Of a stretch of DNA of 34,798 nt, positions 1 through 7,131 are shown piece after piece. The position numbers and the translations under genes were made by a program. The notes beneath the pieces were generated by a model. The model saw nothing but the letters and a program-made list of their open reading frames with translations, was not told the origin of the DNA and did not search any database. Origin of the DNA: Pirellulaceae bacterium (lineage in GTDB: Bacteria > Planctomycetota > Planctomycetia > Pirellulales > Pirellulaceae); contig JANPLJ010000133.1 of NCBI GenBank assembly GCA_031426475.1, positions 1 to 34,798 of the forward strand, given 5' to 3'. The stretch's first letter is position 1. Each line of letters begins with the position of its first letter.

Positions 1-537
1 GTCACGGACGGTACGTCGAACAGCGTCTTCATGAGCGAATCGATACGAAGCAAAGGTAACGATACGACGTTGCCAGCCGGAAAGACACCGAGTTTTCCGT
101 ATCAAATGACACTCAATGGTTCCACGGGAATGAGTGCGGCATTGCAAACCTCGCAGGGCATGTTGGCTTCCGGTTCACCGTGGTCGGCGTACGCGAATGC
201 TGGCGGCCTCCTAGAAGAACCGAATCTGCAATCGATCTGGACGGGCTTTACGTCGTGGCGGGGTTCTGGAAGCACGGCCTTGCGAGGACGAGGCGTATCT
301 TGGGCTGCCACCGGGGCACTCAACTCCCTTACCAATGGTTACACAACACCGAATTCCCGAGTCCCCGATCTTGTGATTCATTTTACGGGCTTCTTCGGAC
401 CAAGGAGTTGGCATATCGGCGGCGCCCACGTCGTGATGGGTGACGGGGCCTCAAGGTTTCTGAGCAACAACGTGGATCAGGATCTTCATCGCCATATTCA
501 CAGTTGCAACGGCGGTGAAGTCGTCGATGAGTTTTAG
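1..537 (+). CDS. DUF1559-family (planctomycete pseudopilin-like) protein, C-terminal part; the 5' end lies outside the window
   Basis: Frame 1 is open from nt 1 and runs into listed ORF 31-537. It begins VTDGTSNSVFMSE, the conserved TDGTSN box of DUF1559 proteins. Near the C-terminus, HIGGAHVVMGDGASRFLS matches the H-X9-DG signature. The tail NGGEVVDEF is typical of the family. Confidence 0.8.
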   Translation, partial: VTDGTSNSVFMSESIRSKGNDTTLPAGKTPSFPYQMTLNGSTGMSAALQTSQGMLASGSPWSAYANAGGLLEEPNLQSIWTGFTSWRGSGSTALRGRGVSWAATGALNSLTNGYTTPNSRVPDLVIHFTGFFGPRSWHIGGAHVVMGDGASRFLSNNVDQDLHRHIHSCNGGEVVDEF

Positions 538-589
538 GGAGAGAGTTTGAGGGTTGAAAAGTAAAACGCCAAAAGTAAAGAGTGCTTCC

Positions 590-1816
590 ATGAAACGACG
601 GTTAGCGATAGCGATTGCGATTTTCCTTTGCGCTGCCAACTCTGTTGTCTTAGCAGAATCGGCAACTGAGATTTACCAGCGTCGAATCTTGCCGCTTTTG
701 AAGTCGCCTGCATCGAGCAGTTGCAGCGATTGCCATCTTCAAGGCCTAGATCTAAAACAGTTTTTGCATGAAGACCCGCAGCGAACGTTCATTGAACTTC
801 GGGCGCGCGGTTGGGTCGATATTGACAAACCTGAGAACTCAAAGCTTCTCGAGTTCATTTCGAAGTCGCCCGATAACTCAAGCGATCTCCAAGAAAAAGT
901 TCGCAATGCTGAGTTCGACGCGATGCGAAACTGGATACATGCGGCAGCGAGCGACCCGAGCTTTCTTTCGATTCCCGTTGCGAAGCTGGACGATCTCGGG
1001 TTCGAAAGTGAACTTGTGCGACATGGACGCACGGACCAAATCCTAGAACGCTTTGTTACGACAATCTGGTCGCAACTCGAACGATGCGCCAACTGCCATT
1101 CGCCTGACCGAAATCAAAAGCATCGCGAGAAGCACGGTGAATCGATGAGTTGGATTGTGCCGAAGTCCCCTTCCAGAACGCTTCAATTGCTTCTGGAGAA
1201 AAAGTTGATCGACGTCGACTCTCCAGCCAAAAGTCCGCTGAGAACCAAAGCGATCGGAGAAGACTCGCATGGCGGTGGAATCAAGTTCCCTATCGGAGGC
1301 AAAACCGACGATTCTTGGTTAGCGTTTCTGACAGACTTGTCGAAAATCAAGAAAGGTGAATACCGCTCAGCAAAAGGGCTTCCAAGCCCACTCGAGCAAC
1401 GAGGATGGCGAAGTAGCTTACATTTGCGAATTGCCAACTTCCCCTCTGAATGGAATGGACTTTTGCTTCAACTAACACTCCACCGCCGACGAGACGACGG
1501 TACATTTGCGGAGACTCCATCTGCTTGGACCGAGAGCCGTGTGTCATCGGAACGGCGAAGCTGGGGGAACTCATTGTCGCTGCTTCTCGAGACCGCGAAT
1601 ACGAAAGGAGAAGAGCCAATTCGTTCAATCGAGATCTCCGAAGCACTCCCGGAGGGCGTTTATGAAGCGAGGATCGTTTGTTCGAAATCCAAGCTAGAAG
1701 CTTCGAAGGTCATGCCGACGCAATCGAAAAATGGGCGTTTCGAGATTGTTGCGCCATGGTCTCCTGGCCACGCTACAGCCAACGAAGTAGAGTTTGGATC
1801 CATTCGGTTTGAGTAA
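590..1816 (+). CDS. Secreted protein with two CxxCH haem-c-type motifs (planctomycete cytochrome-c-domain/PSCyt-like)
   Basis: The listed ORF 554-1816 starts at TTG. The ATG at 590 gives a classical signal peptide, MKRRLAIAIAIFLCAANSVVLA. CSDCH lies at 722-736 (context ILPLLKS...CSDCH) and CANCH at 1085-1099. I recognise no other domain. Confidence 0.6.
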   Translation: MKRRLAIAIAIFLCAANSVVLAESATEIYQRRILPLLKSPASSSCSDCHLQGLDLKQFLHEDPQRTFIELRARGWVDIDKPENSKLLEFISKSPDNSSDLQEKVRNAEFDAMRNWIHAAASDPSFLSIPVAKLDDLGFESELVRHGRTDQILERFVTTIWSQLERCANCHSPDRNQKHREKHGESMSWIVPKSPSRTLQLLLEKKLIDVDSPAKSPLRTKAIGEDSHGGGIKFPIGGKTDDSWLAFLTDLSKIKKGEYRSAKGLPSPLEQRGWRSSLHLRIANFPSEWNGLLLQLTLHRRRDDGTFAETPSAWTESRVSSERRSWGNSLSLLLETANTKGEEPIRSIEISEALPEGVYEARIVCSKSKLEASKVMPTQSKNGRFEIVAPWSPGHATANEVEFGSIRFE

Positions 1817-1891
1817 CTTGACAGCGTCCCATGCGCTGACATAGGCTTCCGATCTTGAAGTAATCGTGGACAAAAGTTGGAAGAAGCAGGA

Positions 1892-2692
1892 ATGCCTTCG
1901 ATACGAATCGAAAATCTTGATGATCCGCGATTGGAGCCGTATCGCCATCTTCGTATGCGAAACTTGACGCAATACAGCGGACGATTCATTGCAGAAAGTC
2001 GGCTGCTAGTTGAGCGTCTTCTGCGAAGTGATTACGTCGTTGAATCGATCCTGGTCGATGAGGGTCAACAGCATCTTATTGCGAAGGTTCCTGACGCGAC
2101 GGAGGTTTATACCGTTTCGTCGGACAAGATCAGTGAGCTACTTGGTTTCGATTTTCACCGAGGCATTCTGGCTTGTGGACGTCGAAAGCGAATGCTTGAC
2201 TTAGATCAATGGAATGTCGAGCCAACGATCGATGCGGCTTGGACGGGGGTGATGATGGTGGGCGTACAAGACCCAGAAAACATGGGACTCATCGTTCGAA
2301 CCTGTTCGGCGCTCGGCATTCGGGATCTGTTCATTGGTCCAAACTGCGTCGATCCTTTTGCCAGACGTGTACTACGTGTATCGATGGCTGGCTTGCTCAA
2401 CCTTCGTCTCATTTCAGTGCCCCAAGCGGTGCCAGCGATCGACAAGCTTTCAGAACGGGGCGTTCGCTGTATTGCCACGAGCTTAGACGATCGCTCGGTA
2501 CCACTCGAAAAATTCCGGCGTCAAGGTCCGACTTTGATTCTTTTAGGGAACGAGGCCAAAGGGCTCCCAGAACCTGTACAAGCGCGTGCCAGCGATTGTC
2601 TTCGCATCGACATGTGCTTGGGGACCGATTCACTCAACGTCAGCATTGCCGCCGGAATCGTGCTCCACTATGTAACTCGACTCGCGACGTAA
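1892..2692 (+). CDS. SpoU/TrmH-family RNA 2'-O-methyltransferase
   Basis: The listed ORF 1877-2692 starts at TTG; the first ATG is at 1892 (MPSIRIENL). C-terminal SpoU methylase motifs are present: LLGNEAKGLPEPV and RIDMCLGTDSLNVSIAAGIVLHY. Confidence 0.85.
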   Translation: MPSIRIENLDDPRLEPYRHLRMRNLTQYSGRFIAESRLLVERLLRSDYVVESILVDEGQQHLIAKVPDATEVYTVSSDKISELLGFDFHRGILACGRRKRMLDLDQWNVEPTIDAAWTGVMMVGVQDPENMGLIVRTCSALGIRDLFIGPNCVDPFARRVLRVSMAGLLNLRLISVPQAVPAIDKLSERGVRCIATSLDDRSVPLEKFRRQGPTLILLGNEAKGLPEPVQARASDCLRIDMCLGTDSLNVSIAAGIVLHYVTRLAT

Positions 2693-2708
2693 TCGTTTCC
2701 GATGGGTT

Positions 2709-3374
2709 TCAGAAGAAGCTCGACAGTTCGACTCGGGATGAGTTCGCAATCCAATAGTAGAAGACGAAGCCGAGGACAGACAGAAGGACCATGCTCAAAC
2801 TCGCTCGCAACCAAAATCCCATTCGCTGCCGATTCACGTACATTTTTTGAACTTGAACACGAACATGATCGAGCGTTTCGTTCATCGGCTCGCAGCCAAC
2901 CGTTCGCGCGGCGAATAGCGTTTGCGGGGCGACAGGTGTTTCCCCGACGACTGGTGTTTCCCCGACGACTGGCTTTTGCGCGACGACTGGCGTTTGCGGG
3001 GCGACTGGCGTTTGCGGGGTGACTGGCGTTCGCGGTGCGTCTACCGTTCGCGGAGACTTTAGCGCTTCGCGTTTCACAATTGGCGGGCGGACTCGGGGAG
3101 CATTGATCAAATTCTGTTGCGAGGGCATCTTTTGACGCGGTTGCTCCAACCGGGGCTCGAAACGTTCTACCTGGTCGGCAGCGAGAACGTTCACGATAAC
3201 ATCTTGCAAGTCGTGATGAGTTGAAGTGAATCCAGACTCTCTTTGCATCTTACCCATCGACAAGTTCCAAAAGCGGTCATCTAAGGCGCCAATCTCTCGA
3301 CCGCCAAATCCGTCGGATGGGCGGGGGTGTCCTCGAACAACTCTGATCGTACCAATCCGAATCAAGCTACGCAA
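2709..3374 (-). CDS. Hypothetical C-terminally membrane-anchored protein with a proline-rich hexapeptide repeat region
   Basis: This 221-aa ORF has a TTG start at 3374; in-frame ATGs at 3257 and 3248 are alternative starts. The central repeats read TPVTPQ-TPVAPQ-TPVVAQ-KPVVGE-TPVVGE-TPVAPQ. There is a single C-terminal TM helix (WLRASLSMVLLSVLGFVFYYWI). No family is recognised. Confidence 0.5.
   Translation of the reverse strand: MRSLIRIGTIRVVRGHPRPSDGFGGREIGALDDRFWNLSMGKMQRESGFTSTHHDLQDVIVNVLAADQVERFEPRLEQPRQKMPSQQNLINAPRVRPPIVKREALKSPRTVDAPRTPVTPQTPVAPQTPVVAQKPVVGETPVVGETPVAPQTLFAARTVGCEPMNETLDHVRVQVQKMYVNRQRMGFWLRASLSMVLLSVLGFVFYYWIANSSRVELSSFF
2913..3038. repeat. Seven imperfect tandem copies of an 18-bp unit (consensus about GACTGGCGTTTGCGGGGC) inside CDS 2709-3374
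   Basis: I read the unit boundaries directly at 2913, 2931, 2949, 2967, 2985, 3003 and 3021. Units 2931-2948 and 2949-2966 differ at one base. Units 2985-3002 and 3003-3020 also differ at one base. On the minus strand the repeat is in frame and encodes the Pro/Val/Thr hexapeptide repeats. Confidence 0.9.
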
Positions 3375-3586
3375 TTACGCAGACTTCGTCCGGAATCGAG
3401 ATGTTAGCTAGCACAATGCGAGTTGCATTCTTGCAAAAAATGATCTCAACAGGCGCGCCGAAACTCAACCGGGACTTCGCTGCTTCGAGCATCATTTTAC
3501 ACATCGAGTCGCCGTCGATCCATCATTTCATGGACTAGAAGGTCGGCTTAGACTGTAGGCTGTCCCGTTTTTTCGTCATAATCCGA

Positions 3587-4648
3587 TCATTTCCTCAATT
3601 TGGCCGTTTGTGCTGACGCTTGAACATTGGTTGGAGCTGGGGATTCGCCGATCCAAATCTCCATCGGTAGTCCTACGATTAGCGGCGAATTTTTCTCGAC
3701 TTCTACGAGGATCTCGCGAGCTCGTGTATCCATTTTCGTATCCAATCTTTCGGTCAGGATTTCTTTGTGGTCCATACGCGGGCTAATACTCGAGACCCTT
3801 CCGAAGAATATCCGCTCAGGTATCGCGTTAGTCGTCATCGTAACGCTTTGACCAACCGAGACTCGCAAGGCGTCGAATTCGTCGACGCTGGCGCGAGCGT
3901 AAAGCGATTCCGTATCGCTTAGGACGGCCAATGGTTCATCGATTTGTAACTCCCCCACTTCCACATTGACCTGGAGCACTATTCCGCTTCGAGGCGCAAC
4001 GATTCGCGTTCGAGCGAGAGCCGCTTGAGCGATTCGAAGTTTAGCCTGCGCAGAAGCGAATCTTGCTTCGGCAATCCCCACATCCTCGAACCGGGCGGGT
4101 GCGGAAATGGTAGCTAATTTCGCGTTGGCCGATTCCCAAAGTGCTCGAGCAGAAGCAACATTGGACTCATTTTGGTCGAGTTCATATTGGCTGATCGAAT
4201 TTGATTGAGCTAAAAGTAGCCCGCGATCAAACGTTCGATTTGCCAAAAATAGTTCCGAATTTCGCCATTCGCATTGTTGGCGAGCTTCGTCGATCTCGCT
4301 GGCTAACGCACCATTTTTTACTCGTTCCATTTCGGCCTTTGCGAGTTGCACGCCTGCTTGTGCGAGCTCGACTTCGGCGGCGTACATTCGATCATCGAGT
4401 TGTATGATCAGGTCATCCTTCTGCACGAATGCCCCTTCTCGGACAGGGGTTCCAGTAACGACTTCGCGAATAGAAGAATAAAGCTCGATCTCAGCCGAGT
4501 TGCCTTCGATTCGTCCAGGCGCGAAGATCCCGCGTTGGGCGGTCTTTACAGGAACAACGGTCTTTTTGTGAGGCTTGGTTGCGCGACCTGTCAGCACGAT
4601 GGCAATCAAAGCGACAAAGAAAAAGGAAAAGACAATTTTCCATCTCAT
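3587..4648 (-). CDS. HlyD/DevB-type membrane-fusion (periplasmic adaptor) protein of a tripartite ABC exporter
   Basis: The 353-aa protein has an N-terminal TM helix (IVFSFFFVALIAIVLTG) and a lipoyl-like hairpin (VREGAFVQKDDLIIQLDD). A long Ala/Glu/Gln-rich coiled coil follows, then a beta-rich C-terminus. Its ATG (4646-4648) overlaps the ATPase stop (4645-4647). Confidence 0.85.
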   Translation of the reverse strand: MRWKIVFSFFFVALIAIVLTGRATKPHKKTVVPVKTAQRGIFAPGRIEGNSAEIELYSSIREVVTGTPVREGAFVQKDDLIIQLDDRMYAAEVELAQAGVQLAKAEMERVKNGALASEIDEARQQCEWRNSELFLANRTFDRGLLLAQSNSISQYELDQNESNVASARALWESANAKLATISAPARFEDVGIAEARFASAQAKLRIAQAALARTRIVAPRSGIVLQVNVEVGELQIDEPLAVLSDTESLYARASVDEFDALRVSVGQSVTMTTNAIPERIFFGRVSSISPRMDHKEILTERLDTKMDTRAREILVEVEKNSPLIVGLPMEIWIGESPAPTNVQASAQTAKLRK

Positions 4649-5502
4649 CTTGATTCCCCTACATGATAAACCGGTAGGGGAGCGACATTCATCGGGAGGA
4701 ATCCTACGTTAGATTCCATGCCGATCGCTGCTATCGATTCTGGCATTTCTGCGGAGTCAAGCCGTCCGTTATTGATCGAGCAGATGCGATCTGCGAACTC
4801 GAAGATTCGCGAATCGTGTGTCACAACGACGACCGAAGCTCCGGTCTCTTTGACCAAATCCCGGAGAAGCTCCATCGCCTCTCGACCCGATTTTTCATCC
4901 AGCGAAGCGGTAGGTTCGTCGGCAAGCACCAGGCTCGGGTTCCCAATCAATGCGCGGGCAATAGCCACCCTCTGGCACTGACCCGGGCTCATTTTCGTTG
5001 GCAGCGAATCTCGAAACGGCCAAAGCCCAACTCGCTCAAGTAGATTGCCGGCATACTTCAACGATTCTCGCATTCCTACCCCTTGCAACGTGAGCGGGAC
5101 CGCGACGTTCTCTATGGCGCTAAGTCCTCGAATGAGCTGAAACTTTTGAAAAACGAAGCCAAGATTTTGTCGTCGAATGTTGGCTTGTTGCGACGAACTG
5201 AGCTCCAGAGTGCTTTTTCCGCGGACGATAACTTCTCCTTCATCCGGAGTTAAAAGGCAGCCGAGTATCGATAGCAGCGTACTTTTTCCGCTTCCTGAAG
5301 GTCCGACCAGGAAAACGCATTCGCCGTTTTGTACCTCAAAATCGATTTCCCGGATCACCCATCGATCCTCGCTTCCCAGGCGATATTTCTTGCCGACTTG
5401 TCTTGCAACGACAGCACAGCCTGCGACCAGGGAGGCACGAAAATCGACGTCGGCTTCATTCATCCTAGGCTCGATTTCATAGGGATTTGCAGGGAATTTC
5501 AT
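4645..5502 (-). CDS. ABC transporter ATP-binding protein (DevA/MacB-LolD-like)
   Basis: Walker A is GPSGSGKST, the Q-loop is FVFQ, Walker B is LVLADEPTASLD and the H-loop is VVVTHD. The signature motif is degenerate, MSPGQ instead of LSGGQ. The listed ORF reaches 5673, but residues 1-57 overlap the permease gene. The ATG at 5500-5502 (MKFPANPY) lies 6 nt past the permease stop, so I take it as the start. Confidence 0.85.
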   Translation of the reverse strand: MKFPANPYEIEPRMNEADVDFRASLVAGCAVVARQVGKKYRLGSEDRWVIREIDFEVQNGECVFLVGPSGSGKSTLLSILGCLLTPDEGEVIVRGKSTLELSSSQQANIRRQNLGFVFQKFQLIRGLSAIENVAVPLTLQGVGMRESLKYAGNLLERVGLWPFRDSLPTKMSPGQCQRVAIARALIGNPSLVLADEPTASLDEKSGREAMELLRDLVKETGASVVVVTHDSRIFEFADRICSINNGRLDSAEMPESIAAIGMESNVGFLPMNVAPLPVYHVGESR

Positions 5503-5507
5503 CGTGA

Positions 5508-6650
5508 CTACCCTTGTAAGACCGTGTGGGCATCGACTGTTCGAACGCGCAGATACGGAGCTGCGGAGGCGGCGATGCACATGATGAAAACGCCTGATGA
5601 GCTGGATATTGCCAGGGATAGCGGGATCTCGATGGACGCTCGTGGCGAATCGTAAAATGTGTTGATGATCCAAGTCAGCGTGAGCCCTATGCTGATTCCG
5701 AAGACGGCTATTCCTGCCGCTTGGCCCAAAAGGATCGTAACAATTTCCAATTCGCTTGCTCCCAAAGCTTTCAGCGTGGCAAATTCATTGATACGGTCGA
5801 GCACCATCGCGTACAGTGTCTGTCCCACCATCGCTAAACCAACCAGCAACCCTAAGAGTGCCGCGGCTCCGAAGCTAATACCGATCCCCGTTCTCGTCAT
5901 CCAAAAATTGATTGAAACCGCGGCATATCGTTCGGCCGTATAAGCTTCGGTGTAGGGCAATCGACGTTGAATCTCGTTGCACACCGATTGCAGGTCGACC
6001 CCTTCTCGAACTTTTACAAGGAAATAGGAGCATTCTTGCGGGTCTTTACCCGTATAGCGTATAGCGCGTTCAAGCGTCGTGAAGATATAGGGAGTGACGA
6101 GGAAGCTAAGGATGCCGCGGCTCTTACCGATGATTCTCGATCGCAACCCACCCAGCTCGCGAAAATCGCCGAGTTGCGGATTTTCGAGCCTATCGGAATC
6201 GCATTCGTCGACAATGACCCCTTCGTCTTCGACAAGGTCATCAAAAAAAGTATCCGAAGCCCGATCCTCTGGATCCATCCATACTCTTCCAAGACTGTTC
6301 CCGGGCTCAACTCCGACAACGGTAACCCCTTCGAAGGAACCGCTAGGGAGCAGCATTTCGGAAAATCCTACGGAAACAGGGTCTGCCTGCAGCACATCGC
6401 TTATTCCTCGGATACGTTGGATCCAACGTTTGGGGATGTCATGGGGGAAATCGACGTTATGCATGCCACGGCTGCCAACCCAAATATCAGCATGTCCGCG
6501 GTCGACGAGAATACTTGCTTTGTGAATGAGCCCTAAAAAAAGTCCCCCCTGGATATTGGCCAAAACGACGGAGAAAGTCACGCCGATAATGCCGGCGATC
6601 AGCTTTCCTCGATCGCTAAGGAGCGTTTTGATTGCTAGCCGAAAAAGCAC
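5508..6650 (-). CDS. ABC exporter permease, DevC/MacB (FtsX-domain) family
   Basis: The 380-aa protein has a GTG start. TM1 (LIAGIIGVTFSVVLANIQGGLF) is followed by a periplasmic domain of about 220 aa. The C-terminal FtsX-type three-helix bundle includes LKALGASELEIVTILLGQA. Size and layout match DevC-type permeases. Confidence 0.85.
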   Translation of the reverse strand: MLFRLAIKTLLSDRGKLIAGIIGVTFSVVLANIQGGLFLGLIHKASILVDRGHADIWVGSRGMHNVDFPHDIPKRWIQRIRGISDVLQADPVSVGFSEMLLPSGSFEGVTVVGVEPGNSLGRVWMDPEDRASDTFFDDLVEDEGVIVDECDSDRLENPQLGDFRELGGLRSRIIGKSRGILSFLVTPYIFTTLERAIRYTGKDPQECSYFLVKVREGVDLQSVCNEIQRRLPYTEAYTAERYAAVSINFWMTRTGIGISFGAAALLGLLVGLAMVGQTLYAMVLDRINEFATLKALGASELEIVTILLGQAAGIAVFGISIGLTLTWIINTFYDSPRASIEIPLSLAISSSSGVFIMCIAASAAPYLRVRTVDAHTVLQG

Positions 6651-7131
6651 TCCATGCCTCCCATACCTCGTTTTGACTATCGAAACGATAGTCGTCCAAT
6701 CCGTATTATCGGCATTTTCTTCCCGATCGCTCAGCCCGACTTATCCAGAATTGACGAGTATCTTCGGGTTCGCAAGTTTATTCGAGACGATAGTCCAAAC
6801 CGAGTGATCCTACCGATTCGACTGAGCAATCCGCTTAATCAGAACGATTTTTCCAAAGAATTCGGCTAGGCGCAACGCATTTCGCCTTAAGGCATTGACT
6901 AGGCCCAATGCCAATCTATAACTGAACCTGTTCCCCGGGGCCTCGACAGACGGGCATATGGAAATAACCGAGCGTTAGCAGGATTGCTATTATTTGACCA
7001 GAACTCGCGGGAAAGAACGGACTTTCAGACTGTTCGCCAACGCGATAGCAATTTGGCACCAAGTACATCCGGAGTTGTGAAACGCTTATAGGTTAGCTCG
7101 CTAGGAAAGCTGTGCATTTGTATAGATCGCA
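6651..7131. promoter_or_regulatory. Divergent intergenic region between the exporter operon (-) and the exosortase locus (+); presumed to hold both promoters and operator-like inverted repeats
   Basis: This is a 481-bp non-coding gap flanked by divergent starts at 6650 and 7132. It contains the palindrome GACTATCG-AAA-CGATAGTC (6675-6693) and a second ACGATAGTC copy (6787-6795). It also contains GGCATTG-N8-CAATGCC (6891-6912) and ATTGCTAT/ATAGCAAT (6983-6990 and 7045-7052). I could not identify a convincing -35/-10 or -24/-12 promoter. Confidence 0.3.

Noticed and set aside
2209-2757. 182-aa alternative-frame ORF rich in Arg/Ser/Cys
   Set aside because: It overlaps the TrmH-family gene in another frame, and its composition is typical of off-frame translation.
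2702-3022. 106-aa plus-strand ORF ending in RRLAFAG-type repeats
   Set aside because: It is the mirror-strand reading of the 18-bp tandem repeat. It starts 10 nt after the TrmH stop with no independent support. The minus-strand frame is longer and has a TM anchor.
3248-3374. Possible PilZ-like c-di-GMP motif pair (RGHPR ... NLSMGK) at the N-terminus of the proline-repeat protein
   Set aside because: The second element has N-x-S-x-G spacing, not the canonical D/N-x-S-x-x-G. The first element lies upstream of the first ATG, so it may not be translated. This is too weak to call without a profile search.
5503-5673. 57-codon N-terminal extension of the ABC ATPase ORF
   Set aside because: It would overlap the permease gene by 166 nt and encodes an Arg/His-rich non-ABC sequence. 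The ATG at 5500-5502, just after the permease stop, gives a normal gene junction.
5967-6536. 189-aa plus-strand ORF (also 6094-6525, 143 aa)
   Set aside because: It is embedded antisense in the DevC-like permease gene, has no recognisable motifs and does not fit the operon structure.
6654-6869. 71-aa ORF in the divergent intergenic region (and 6526-6807)
   Set aside because: It has no motif, signal peptide or TM helix, and no coupling to neighbours. I cannot support it as coding and treat the region as regulatory.
7054-7068. TGGCAC hexamer upstream of the exosortase gene as a possible sigma-54 -24 element (PEP-CTERM loci are often PrsR/sigma-54 controlled)
   Set aside because: The sequence five nt downstream is ACAT, not TTGC, so there is no -12 GC element.
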